Source of the DNA: Heteronotia binoei
Lineage: Eukaryota
Assembly (NCBI RefSeq): GCF_032191835.1
Contig: NC_083243.1
Location: 44,950,001-45,014,000 of the forward strand
DNA: 64,000 nt
Direction of reading: 5' to 3'
Shown here: piece by piece, positions 1 to 10,794 of the stretch
How the letters are laid out: each line of letters starts with the position of its first letter
How positions within the stretch are numbered: position 1 is the stretch's first letter
Program-made: the position numbers and the translations under genes
Notes under the pieces: model-generated
What the model was told of the DNA's origin: nothing
The model's database searches: none
Seen by the model: the letters and a program-made list of their open reading frames with translations, nothing else

Positions 1-1
1 G

Positions 2-97
2 TTGGCCCCAGAGGCAGACCCATGTCCGGCGGAAATGCCCGCGGAACTCTGGAGGCTTGGGAGAAGGAAGCCGGTAGGGCCATTCAGTTGGCGCTAG
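2..97 (+). CDS. C-terminal end of the RT/RNase H ORF (partial), overlapping the YR start
   Basis: Frame 2 reads LAPEADPCPAEMPAELWRLGRRKPVGPFSWR* (TAG 95-97). LAPEAD-P resembles the end of Ngaro RT-RH ORFs as I recall them, and the position directly before and overlapping YR fits. Confidence 0.6.
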   Translation: MAPEADPCPAEMPAELWRLGRRKPVGPFSWR

Positions 98-963
98 CCC
101 CTAGTACAAGGAGGGCCTATGCCAGGGCGACCGCTCAGTTTGGTGAATTCAGGAGTGCGGCTGCACTCCCGGATTGTTGGCCTATTCCGGTGGCGCACAT
201 CATGCAATTTTGCGTGCACCAAAAGGAAAGAGGCCTGGGGTTAAAAACCATAAGGGGACATCTGGCGGCATTGGCCTTTGACAGTAAGGCCCGCGGCCTC
301 CCGGAGTTCACAGGTGACTTTAGAGTTAAGAAGATGCTGGAGGGCTGGGCCCGGGAGAGGGTACGGCAGGTAGATGACAGACAGCCTATCTCCCCGTCCG
401 TCCTCAGTGGTTTGTTTGGGGGATGGCCCAGGGTTTGCTCCTCCCCGTTCGAGGCTGCATTGTTCCATGCTGCCTCGCTGTTGGCCTTCTTTGGGGCCCT
501 GCGCGTGAGTGAGCTGGTAGTGCAGTCAAGGGCTGACACTTCTGGGAGGGCGCTCCAATCCGGAGATGTAAAGATTACTAATAGCCAGCTAGTTCTGACG
601 ATTCGCCGGTCCAAGACTGATCAGAGACAGAGGGGGACTACCATCACGATCGGCATGTGTGCATCGCAGGAATTGTGTCCGGTCAGGGCTGTTCGTCGCT
701 ACGTGCAGCTCAGGGGTGAGGCCCGAGGTCCTTTTCTTAGGCACGATGATGGCTCCCCTCTTACCAAATATCAGTTCTGGTCGGTCACAAGCAAGGCCCT
801 AGTTCGCTTAGGTCTCGCTGGCGTCAAATTTGGGACGCATTCCTTCCGGATTGGGGCGGCCTCCACAGCTGCTTCTATGGGCTACACGCCATCTGCCATT
901 CGGCATATTGGCCGATGGCGGTCGGCGGCTTATAAGTCTTATGTGCGCCCCCTGGTCACCTAG
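22..963 (+). CDS. Tyrosine recombinase (DIRS/Ngaro YR), intact, 313 aa
   Basis: Catalytic motifs in order: GALRVSEL (R), RRSKTDQ (K), HSFRIG (HxxR), GRWRS (H/W), AYKSYVRP (Y). N-terminal LAPSTRRAY SAM-like region. No stops. Confidence 0.95.
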   Translation: MSGGNARGTLEAWEKEAGRAIQLALAPSTRRAYARATAQFGEFRSAAALPDCWPIPVAHIMQFCVHQKERGLGLKTIRGHLAALAFDSKARGLPEFTGDFRVKKMLEGWARERVRQVDDRQPISPSVLSGLFGGWPRVCSSPFEAALFHAASLLAFFGALRVSELVVQSRADTSGRALQSGDVKITNSQLVLTIRRSKTDQRQRGTTITIGMCASQELCPVRAVRRYVQLRGEARGPFLRHDDGSPLTKYQFWSVTSKALVRLGLAGVKFGTHSFRIGAASTAASMGYTPSAIRHIGRWRSAAYKSYVRPLVT

Positions 964-1010
964 TAGGTAGGTGGGGGGGAGGGGTCTGTTGTTTGCATTG
1001 TGTATGTTAT

Positions 1011-1035
1011 GCTGACAGTTGTTTGTTCTTTCAGG
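1011..1035 (+). promoter_or_regulatory. Candidate branch point and 3' splice site upstream of the hydrolase ORF
   Basis: GCTGAC (branch A at 1015), T-rich tract TTGTTTGTTCTTT, then CAG|G with AG at 1033-1034. Confidence 0.65.
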
Positions 1036-1630
1036 TGCTGTGGCTCGTGGTGAGAGAAGGCGGGTTCTCATCTGCGGGCACAGCATGGTTTTCTGGGCGG
1101 CCCACTTCGCCAGACGGTCTCCTGTGGGCACCCAGCTTGGCCTCAGTGCGTGGGCTACTGTGGAATGGCTGGGTCGTCGGGGACTGCGCTGGCCCGGGAT
1201 CATGCCACTGTTGTTCAGGGAGCGTAAGGCGTTACCTCCACACATCCTGGTTGTTCACTTGGGAGGGAACGACTTGGGGTTGCTGCGTGGGAAGGCCCTT
1301 TCCCAGCAGGCTTTGGCCGACCTCCGCGAAATTCGGCGCAGGTGGCCGGGGGTCCTACTAGTGTGGTCGGCAATTTTGCCGCGCAGGGTCTGGAGGTACG
1401 CCATTTCGCCAGGTGGAATCGAACGGGCTAGACGTAAGGCCAACAGGGCCATCCAGAAGGCCATGGAGGGGGGATTGGGAATTTTCCTCCCGCATCCGGC
1501 CATACGGGTCAATCAAGCTGACCTGTATCGGCCGGATGGTGTGCATTTATCTGATTCGGGTAACCGGGCCTTTTTGGATGAAATTCGGCAGGGGGTGCGG
1601 TTGGCTCTGGGCCACCCGTTGGGGCGCTAA
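1019..1630 (+). CDS. SGNH/GDSL-family hydrolase (esterase), accessory ORF of the Ngaro element; probable exon starts at 1035
   Basis: Block I GHS (S22), block II G55 (GRRGLRW), block III HLGGND (N84), block V DGVH (D173/H176). In-frame TGA at 1013-1015. The first ATG (M23) lies after the catalytic Ser. Confidence 0.88.
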   Translation: MFVLSGAVARGERRRVLICGHSMVFWAAHFARRSPVGTQLGLSAWATVEWLGRRGLRWPGIMPLLFRERKALPPHILVVHLGGNDLGLLRGKALSQQALADLREIRRRWPGVLLVWSAILPRRVWRYAISPGGIERARRKANRAIQKAMEGGLGIFLPHPAIRVNQADLYRPDGVHLSDSGNRAFLDEIRQGVRLALGHPLGR

Positions 1631-1659
1631 TGCCTAAGCAGAGGCTTGGCATTGGCGGT

Positions 1660-2064
1660 GGCTGGATGAGGTTTGGCCACGGGGTTTCCCAGGGGAGCAC
1701 CTATGGCCTAGCACCGGTGGTGCGGTGGTCTGCAGGAACCGTAGATGGGCTAAACGGCTCAGTACGGTGATGCAGATCACAGGGAGCCTCACCTGGGTGG
1801 ATCTTTCCATGGGGGATTGATGCCAGCCCGGTGGGTGATGGCTGGAGGCCTGGCCGCTCAGTTACAACCCGAATAAGGCGGGTTTGTGCTGGGGGCAGGG
1901 TGGCTCGCCCTTTCGGCAAGGCGGGGTCCAGGTGTTGACCCCAGGGCTTGTCTGGTTTGGTTTTACCCCCCCTGCCAGTTACAGTTGTTAATTCTTAAAT
2001 AAAGCGGCCCGGTTTATAACCCAACACTTGTGTCTGCCTCTTCTTTCCGACTGCGGGTGCAAGG
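1660..2064 (+). repeat. Split direct repeat B1 (405 bp) with AATAAA at 1998-2003
   Basis: Identical by visual alignment to 2410-2814 (offset 750). Confidence 0.95.
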
Positions 2065-2409
2065 TTCGGCCCCTTCCCAGCCGAGCCAGCGTGCTGGCTA
2101 TTAGGCTGGGGGCCGTTTTTGCGCCTGCGGAAGGAGGGAGGGGCAGAAACATCACCCGACATACGGGTGTCTGCCCAGGCGCGAGCTGGGGCTATATAAG
2201 CCCCGGCTCTCGCCCTCCTGCGCAGTTTGGATTTGGCTCTCTGCCCGCCCTCCCTTCCCATTGGCAGTACAGGCTTACGCTGGTCGCCTTTTTAGGGGCC
2301 AGGTAGGAATTTTTTCACTCCCACACAATTGGCGTCAGTGGGGGTGTTTTTCGCCTACCTTGTACTGCCTAGTAGGTTAGGTTTGGTTAATGGTATTAGT
2401 TTGGTCGCA
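2065..2409 (+). promoter_or_regulatory. Split direct repeat A2 (promoter-bearing unit); TATA box TATATAAG at 2193-2200
   Basis: 345-bp CpG-rich unit between the two B copies, with a TATA box and a donor-like CAG|GTAGGA at 2302/2303. The matching A1 copy is expected upstream of the window and is not visible. Confidence 0.7.
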
Positions 2410-2814
2410 GGCTGGATGAGGTTTGGCCACGGGGTTTCCCAGGGGAGCACCTATGGCCTAGCACCGGTGGTGCGGTGGTCTGCAGGAACCGTAGATGGGC
2501 TAAACGGCTCAGTACGGTGATGCAGATCACAGGGAGCCTCACCTGGGTGGATCTTTCCATGGGGGATTGATGCCAGCCCGGTGGGTGATGGCTGGAGGCC
2601 TGGCCGCTCAGTTACAACCCGAATAAGGCGGGTTTGTGCTGGGGGCAGGGTGGCTCGCCCTTTCGGCAAGGCGGGGTCCAGGTGTTGACCCCAGGGCTTG
2701 TCTGGTTTGGTTTTACCCCCCCTGCCAGTTACAGTTGTTAATTCTTAAATAAAGCGGCCCGGTTTATAACCCAACACTTGTGTCTGCCTCTTCTTTCCGA
2801 CTGCGGGTGCAAGG
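2410..2814 (+). repeat. Split direct repeat B2 (405 bp), right end of the element; AATAAA at 2748-2753
   Basis: Identical to B1, followed by host sequence. Confidence 0.95.
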
Positions 2815-4548
2815 GCAAATATCACCATACTTGAGCCATTCCAGGTCAGAAAAATGGCACTGAGGAGACTTAAGCAACCTCTCCCAAGGACTTGGTATTG
2901 GTCTGAATCAGGAACCCATGAACCTGAGAACTGAATTCCCAGATGAAAACTCCCAGCTCATCAGTAATTGTCATTGTTAAAGCTGATATAAAATAACATA
3001 CAGGTTTTTGAAATTTGACAAGGGGGCATCAAATTAACTTTTTGGATGTTAATCCCCCCCCCTCGACTTTCCTTTTGAAAATCAACTTGGATAAATTTAT
3101 TTTTTTATAAATGTGAAAGCAAATATTCTTGCTTGACTTAATAGAGTTACATTTTGATTTTGTACTCTTAAATCTGAACACATTTGCAGTTAGAACACAG
3201 TCAATTAAAAGAGTATAAGTTTTTAGCAGAATTTAAGATATAAGAATGCAACTGAATTTTTTTTTCTGATCAACATTAATGTCTGCTGTGTGATATCCTA
3301 TAATGATCAAACTAGTTTCAGTTTTGGGCCTGCATATAGGCAAATGTATGGATTTCTCATTTGGCTTCCAAGTTACAGTAGATAAATAAATAATCCACAT
3401 GCAAAATATGTGTTTGCCTTATTAACACTGACATTTTTTTTATCAAATGCATTTGACAAGAGAAATATGAGGCAAGAATGATGGGAAAACTGACTTATTT
3501 TACACCAAGAATAAAGGATTAAGTGCCCATTTCCTTTCTTTTGTTCCAGACAATCTCATTAAATCCAGGGAGGGCTGGGTTCTTGAAAGATGGAAAGATT
3601 TCACAGAAAAGGTTAAGAGCAAATGGATGATAAGATTTGTACCTCTTTGGAAATGTATTTTGAAAACCCATTAAATTTTGGTAGGATCATCCATCCAGGC
3701 TGAACTGGTGCTGCTTTCATCTCACTGTTTAATCTTTCCAATTGCTGGCTGAGTGGCTACATTAAAAAAAAAAAAAAGTACTGGCATGGTGCAGGGAATG
3801 TTCTTTCTGTTATTTTGCCAGAAAAGGCACCACTCAGCAGCACCTCTAAGAACCACACAATTCCATTGTGACCTGCCTCTTGGGTAGAAGATTATTTTCT
3901 ATCTTTTGCCCCAGTGGGAGATGTAGGTTAGAGCGTAACTTCACTTTACAAGCTCCCACAGCAGCCCAAAATATCCCCTGAATTTCTGTTCCTGGGAGAT
4001 GGGGAACCCTCAGGAATAGATTTGGGGAATCAGGGATTCAGGGCTAATGGCAGCATACTCTGAGGAACAGTTGCTAGGGCCCAGACCTCTGTCAGGGCCC
4101 CTGTGGTAGATTTGCATGCTGTATCCTCACCTGCTTGCTTGCAAGCAGTCCACCACCCATGCTCCCAGCTGTACACAATGCCCAGCATAGCAAAAAGCTC
4201 CTGGTGGTGCAGGTATTTGTGAACATGGGCAATGAGATGGCTCATAAGGTGGAGGGGGAATGATGTATAGGAGCATGAGTTGGTGGGTGCAAAGGGAGGC
4301 ATGAGCAGAAGAGGGGAAGGATACCCTGTGTACTCTCTGCCCAGGGCCTGACAAAATTGGGAATTGGCTCTGCGGGGGTCTCCTGCAGGATATGCAAAAA
4401 TCACCCCCCCTCTTTTGCCCATGGAAATTCTAGTTGGGATCCATGACTAACTTTTCTAGTAGTGCCACTGTGTGTGTGTGGGGGGGGTGTCTATACACCC
4501 ACACACACCCACACCACTGTGGCACTATTGGAAGACTTAATCTTGGAT

Positions 4549-4705
4549 CAGGGGTGGAATTCTAGCAGGAGCTTCTTTTTTATTTTATTTTATTGTATTA
4601 TATTTATATCCCACCCTCCCCTTTTTGTAAGCTCTTGGAGGATTGGCTACATCAGAGGTGTGCGGCTTAATATGCAAAGGAGCTCCTGCTAGAATTCCAC
4701 CCCTG
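4549..4705. mobile_element. hAT-like non-autonomous element (rearranged)
   Basis: Inverted ends CAGGGGTGGAATTCTAGCAGGAGCT ... AGCTCCTGCTAGAATTCCACCCCTG. Internal part related to 42391-42553. TSD not clean. Confidence 0.6.
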
Positions 4706-5552
4706 GTTGAATGTGTGTGCATAACATTTCTAATGTGCTAAATGAATTTATTACCAATGGCAAGCCACGTGTCTCTGCTTTCTCTGAAGACACACTGGTC
4801 ACGTCTGTTGTGCCATTGATATTCCCACTCCAGCACACAGGGATGTTACATCAACTCCCGCTCATGTCAGTAAACTCCTGAGTGCAGCATGCAAGATCAT
4901 AGGGGGGAAATTAAAATAAAGGTTAATGTCATTTTTTTATGGTTGACTGGCACTTTAAAAGTCCAAGGAGGAAAAGATGGGCTCTAAAGTCGGATATATT
5001 TATTAGGCGGTGTGTCATCAGAGAGTCCCAATCACAGCTGTCAAGGTTGAGCTCATCATCAGAGAAGGAGGATTACGAGGGACTGGAAAGCCAGCAGCAC
5101 TCAAGACTGCAGCAGCTCATTTCTCTGGCTCAAGCTGAGACCATCAAAGCTCGAAGGAAGGGAATGTGCAAGAAAGCTAGGGAATATATTGCATTTGCAT
5201 AGTCCTGGAACTCATCTGCATGAATCCACCCATTTCGTAATACATGCCTGGTATTGCCAAGGAAAACATTGCATTCTTTCTTATTTTATTTATTATGGAT
5301 GTACCATTTTAATACACAAAGTTTAGGCAATTGTATCTCCCCTCCCATCTCTCATTGGCTGCATGTTGTTCCATTTTGATTTACTGATGGACATTTTAAA
5401 AGTTACTTCTGGAAGTAACTGGTTATAACATAATATTCCTGCTTCTGCTAGGCTCAATCTGTGCAAATAGTCTAGGGTGAAATACTTCTTTGGTTGCACA
5501 TAATGTTTGTCAGAATGAAGCCAGAAGTGGATCAACAATCTTTTCTTCTACG

Positions 5553-5830
5553 CCAGTTTGGTGTAGTGGTTAAGTGTGTGGATTCTTATCTGGGAGAACC
5601 GGGTTTGATTCCCCCACTCCTCCACTTGCACCTGCTGGAATGGCCTTGGGTCAGCCATAGCTATCGCAGGAGTTGTCCTTGAAAGGGCACCTGCTGTGAG
5701 AGCCCTCTCAGTCCCACCCACCTCACAGGGTGTCTGTTGTGGGGGGAGAAGATATAGGAGATTGTAAGCCGCTCTGAGTCTCTGATGCAGAGAGAAGGGC
5801 GGGGTATAAAGCTGCAGTCTTCTTCTTCTT
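5553..5830 (+). mobile_element. Squam3-like tRNA-derived SINE
   Basis: Head CCAGTTTGGTGTAGTGGTTAAGTG...GGTTTGATTCCCCACTCC and (TCT)n tail. Several near-identical copies in the window. Confidence 0.8.
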
Positions 5831-8800
5831 AGGTCATTGTCAATCCTGCTTTAGTAAAGAGTTGCCTCAAAGTAAAGTCTCTTACTACTTACAGGTTTTT
5901 CCTTCTGTATATTAAAAAATTGCATTGGGTACAAAACCAAACCAGAAATGCTTTGACTTTGTCATCTGTCCATCCCCCCACTCAAGTGCATTAACTCTGT
6001 TACAGGTTTAAAAAAACACCATGAATTTCCTCCCAGAAAACACTATTCCAACAATTGTAATTGTTCTGGTGAGATACAGGCTTTTTCTGCATACACAACT
6101 TACTTCTGATTTTCACTGAAGTTGAATCAGTTTGGGTTTACTTCAAATACTGTGCCTGCACCCTGCATTCCCCCCCCCTCCAATTTCTATTTAGCATTGC
6201 AGAGTATATATTCAGCATACCAATGAGAAACCTTGGGTAGTGTAGTGGGGTTGGTCTCTCCTGATTGCTTTGTTTTGCACTGGGCATGTCTTTTGAAGTA
6301 GGAGATTCTTCCAGCTGAATTTACTGTAGGATCACCATTAGTATCCCCCCCTTCATCAGTAGTGGAGGAATTTAATATTAATCTGGGATGGCTGGAGGGC
6401 AAAAAAAAAATATTGACAGGGACTGTTTTTAGGAGATGCTGACCACTTGGCCAGAGAGGCAATGGGGAGGCTGCTGTGCAACCACTTGGCAGAGGAGGTT
6501 CCTGGCGGGGGGAGGTGGAGACGTCAGTGCTTTGTAGCCTGAGTTTCCCACCATAGTTATTTGAAATTGAGATGACAAAAAGGGAAGACCAGATGTTGAG
6601 ATGGATGAGACTTTAAAAAAAAAAACCCAGGCTGCTGCTGCTGCCCCAGAGCATCTTCCACTTTTTATCCTCATGTTTGAAATATTTGCAGTCCAAGTCA
6701 ATGTAAAAGATTTTTTTCAAAAACAAAATTACCCTGAAGAACAATCAAACAAACAACCTTACTGTTAATAGCACTGTATCTTAACCAACCAAACTAACTG
6801 GCTATTCCTGCAAACAAGTTAGACAATGGCAATTACTTTCCTAGCCTCCTATTTCAAAAGACATGCCTAGTGCAAAACTGACCAATAAGGAGAGACCAAC
6901 TGGCCTGTGAAGAGAAGGGAGGAGGAAAAGCCTGATGAAATATGTATACTTTTAAAGGCTTGGAAGTGAACTAAAAGGATAAATAGTCACAAAATGACTC
7001 TGAGAAACCCCAGGGGGAAAAAAACAGACTGAAAGCAGGCGCAGAGTTGAAGGGGGTGGGGAAGGAATCAGTGCAGAAAAAATGCAGTTGGAATGTGCAG
7101 GGGACTGTGATGCACAGCGAAAGTGAAGGAAATGAAGGTGCAGAAAGGGCCTTATCAATCAATTAACATTTTATTTATATCCCGCCCTCTCCGTCGAAGC
7201 AGGCTCAGGGCGGCTAACAACATCAAATACAATAGATTATACAATAAATATTTAAAAACAGTATCTAGCTTTAAAACAGTCTATCTTTTCTGATAACTGA
7301 TGACAACTCCTTGTAAGCTGGAGAAGATCTGCCTCACCACAGAGATATATGATCTCGGAGCAGAAAGATATATTAGACCAATAGCATTTTTTTTAAAGTA
7401 ATTATGAATGCAATTATAAATACAATCATTCATTGACTTTTCTGAAAGTGACTTTTCAGGCTCTGGGTACTTGGGTATTGTAAAACACAATGTCTTCTGG
7501 CACTGCAAAAAAATAATAATGGTGGTACATTTTTTCTGCCCCCAAATACACTGAGATTTGGCTTGGGGTAGAAATACCCCACTTCTGCCACCACCACTGT
7601 TGATAACAGGCTAGTTAAGATTTGCAACAGCTGAAGAACCCCACATTTTAGGGCAAAATGGCTTACTGATTTTAAACTGCAAAAACAAAAATTGAATAAA
7701 GAGAAATTTAAGCCCTGTTAACCTTAACAGGGGATGTGTAGCACATGAGATAGCCTGCTTTATCATGGGGTTTGTCTTGTGTCACCCTTTATAGTCAGCT
7801 TCTGTTTCAGCTTGTATAGAGAGCTAGCTGTGCATACAGAAAGCAGCCCAGGTGCTCTCTCTAAAACCCTCTGCATGGCTGCAGGGGATTCCGGGCCTTT
7901 TCTCACTTCGACCTAGGAGGTATTGAACTAGACTACAAGCCAAGAAAAGGTGGAAGACTTATGTTTCCAATGTTCTGCCAACAAAACCAATATAAGAAAG
8001 CTCAAAATTAATTAGTACAAAGTGTGCCAGTAATACATTTCTATGTATATCCAATCATGTTATTAACCAAGTCTGCATATATGCATGCATACATGCATAG
8101 GTATATATAAATTCATAGAGGCAAAGAGCTGATGCATAAAAAGATTATTGATTTGTTTTCATTTTTGGATGTTGCCTTTGTAATAAATTGGTGGTCTGTG
8201 ATTTGAAATGATGAAACGACCAAAGCATGCTGGTTTGCAAGGGAATTGATACTTTTTGATTATTGCCAGCTGGGCCATGCTAGTTTTGAATTTTAATAAT
8301 ATACAGTAATTGGCTCACATTGCAAAAAGTGTTATTTGTTTTTTTTTGGGGGGGGGGATTCCTGTCCACTTTACCTACAAACATTTAACTAAGGTTGAAT
8401 AGGGTAGGTGAGATTTTTGAGGATTCTGTTTTTTCATCAGCATTCCTATTAGGATTAGCACATTCTCTTAAACACCACCAGGAAGAAGGAAAGTCAATGC
8501 TTTAAAAAGGAAAGCAATCATCAGATGAATGTAATAAACTAGTTCACTGTCAGGGGAGTGATAAAAAATGATATGGTGCTGCTTTGCCTCAGAAATTCTG
8601 TCTCCCCCATCCAGGTAGATTTTGGAATCATTCTAAAACACTGTGGAACTTTCCAAATGTACCTCAAAATGGAGCTAAGGAATTCCAAGGGTTGGTGCAT
8701 ATCTTTATTAGCTGATGCAGTATATGATGGGGAAAGTGTGGGTGGTGTTTTTAACCAACAAACCAGGATCTGTTGGGTGATTCCCCTCATCATATTAATG

Positions 8801-9540
8801 TAATTATTAATTAGGTTTTATTAGTGTCTTTGTGTGTGTGTTATGCTACAGAAAGTCCTGCCAAATCTGGGACCTACGTACTTGAAAGGATGTCTCCCCC
8901 TCCATACATTTACCCTGAAACTTCAATTAGACCCCAGTTTTTGTTGGCATTCCCAACTGTGTGCCAAGCAGGACCTGCCCTAGACTATCTGGCACCCTAA
9001 GCAAGCCTAACTTCTGGTGCCCCCCCCCCCCCATGTTGCTGAGGGATCCTGAGGAATACATGGAGGAGGGGGGAGAGAAGAGAGATCAAAGGTTTGCTGT
9101 AGGAGGAGTAAAATCAGCAAATCTTGTTCACCCCCTTCCAGTCCCTGGCTGGACTAAGAACTACCCACGAACACCCAAGGAGCTCAAAACACTTGTTACC
9201 TTCTCCTTCTCACTTTCTCATTCACTTTTATGCAAGCATTTCTTTGTAATGTTCCTGGCTCTGCTTTTGGCACAGGACGTATGGGGGGGGGGAGTGGAAT
9301 TTTGTCTCTTTCTCCTTATTCCTCCTCCTGAAGAAAGAACTTTACAAAACTATACATTTTACAGCATGCCCTAAATGTCTCACTTATGTTTTAAGTTGAA
9401 TGTTGATTTTAAAATTTGTTGTATAACTCATTGTACAGACTGATTATGTTGTTAGCCGCCCTGAGCCTGCTTCGGCGGGGAGGGCAGGATATAAATAAAA
9501 TGTTATTATTATCCTTCTTTTTTGTAAATGGCTGCATCAC

Positions 9541-9690
9541 CCCCCTGCAAAGAGCAATGGGCCTGCAAAGAGCAATGGGCCACGATGCTGCTGATGAGGA
9601 AACAGCTCCATACACACACACACACGCACCACCTCCCCAGACAGTGCTGACCCTGCAAAGAGCAACAGGCCACACTGCTGCCTATGGGGA
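9541..9690 (+). repeat. Minisatellite cluster 1 (~72-bp core plus CA-rich spacer)
   Basis: Units CTCCCCAGACAGTGCTG(G/A)CCCTGCAAAGAGCAA...GGAAACAGCTCCA, shared with clusters at 10795-11030 and 11455-11760. Confidence 0.8.
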
Positions 9691-9809
9691 AATAAGTACA
9701 ACACAACACAGAGAAAACTGTGTAGCGAACATAAAAAAAAAAAAAAAACCCAAGCAGGGTACACAGCCTGTGATACTGCAAAAACTTATAGAACACTCAT
9801 GAACTCTAT

Positions 9810-10095
9810 GGGCGTTTTCGCACTCACCTTCAGCCGGCGCGACCCCCCTCTTCACCGCGCAGGATCTGCGCGGATTTCGCACTAAATGCCGCGGAGCAGC
9901 CGGAAGAGCCGGAAACTCCTGTCACAAAAGCCACGCAAACGGAAACTGCTTTTTGGCGGTTTACGTTTGAGCGGCTTTTGCGCCGGGAGTTTCCGGCTCT
10001 TCCGGCTGCTCCGCGGCATTTAGTGCGAAATCCGCGCAGATCCTGCGTGGTGAAGAGGGGGGTCACGCCGGCTGAAGGTGAGTGCGAAAACGCCC
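9810..10095. mobile_element. Palindromic PIF/Harbinger-like MITE, subfamily A (286 bp)
   Basis: GGGCGTTTTCGCACTCACC...GGTGAGTGCGAAAACGCCC with long inverted arms, 3-bp TSD TAT (9807-9809, 10096-10098), CpG-rich. Confidence 0.88.
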
Positions 10096-10439
10096 TATAT
10101 GACAGTAAATAATTGATTGCTTTTATCCAACGTGCTGCCTTAATGAAGAATTATTCCGGAATGGTGCACAGAAAGCACTCACTCCGTGATGTGACGATTC
10201 TTAAAGGCACATACAAATTTATTGCACAAGACAAAAATGCAACTAGTACATATTTCAATAGTGGCTCCTTCGAGCTTCCAAGGATAGTTACTTAGTCCAT
10301 AAGAATGCTGGACTACCCAGCAGTAAGACTGGATAGTCAATGTTAGATGTTCCAAGGGATCCCAAATTGCCATAGTATGGTAGGGAGTCCAGAATGATGT
10401 TAAGTTCCGGTTTATGGGCCTAGTCTGTTGCTGTAAGTT

Positions 10440-10790
10440 GTCCTTATGGAAAAGCAAGGTGGAAGAGTACCGTTTTACAGGCCCTGCAGAACTGTGAGAG
10501 CTCTTGCAGGGCCCTAACATCCTCCAGCAACTCATTCCACCAGCTAGGTGCAGCCACAAAAAAGGCCCTGGCTCTAGTTGACTGAAGCCTACCTTCCCCG
10601 ACGCTGGCAACTGTCAACAGGTTTTGAGACCAGGACCGAAATGCTCGCTGGGGCATATATGGGGAAAGGCTCATATATGGTATGTAAGGCCTAAGGTATG
10701 TAGGACCCTGGCCACATAGGGCTTTAAAGGTTAAAACCAGCACCTTGAAGCGAATCCGGTACATTATTGGTAGCCAGTGCAGCACTGGGG
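10440..10790 (-). mobile_element. L2 LINE 3' fragment
   Basis: Minus-strand peptide LHWLPIMYRIRFKVLVLTFKAL...RAFFVAAPSWWNEL...FCRACKT is typical of the L2/CR1-group ORF2 C-terminus. Confidence 0.85.
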
Positions 10791-10794
10791 AACA

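Larger units (their letters stand above)
1..2814 (+). mobile_element. Ngaro-type (DIRS order) tyrosine-recombinase retrotransposon, 3' part; 5' part lies upstream of the window
   Basis: Order RT/RH C-terminus - YR - SGNH hydrolase - B1 - A2 - B2 is the split-direct-repeat layout of Ngaro/PAT elements. GC/CpG-rich against an AT-rich host background. Abrupt switch to host DNA after ...GGGTGCAAGG at 2814. Confidence 0.93.

Noticed and set aside
135-1512. Antisense and alternate-frame ORFs over the Ngaro genes (135-614, 808-1245, 993-1361, 1255-1512)
   Set aside because: Shadow ORFs of GC-rich coding DNA with no motifs.
4939-5202. 87-aa ORF as a host exon
   Set aside because: No convincing splice donor and no recognisable family.
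9586-9610. CTGATGAG-GAAAC in minisatellite units (also ~10889) resembling a hammerhead core
   Set aside because: No stem II and no valid stem III. Other units read CCAATGGGGAAAC or CCGATGGGGAAAC, so it is a chance variant.
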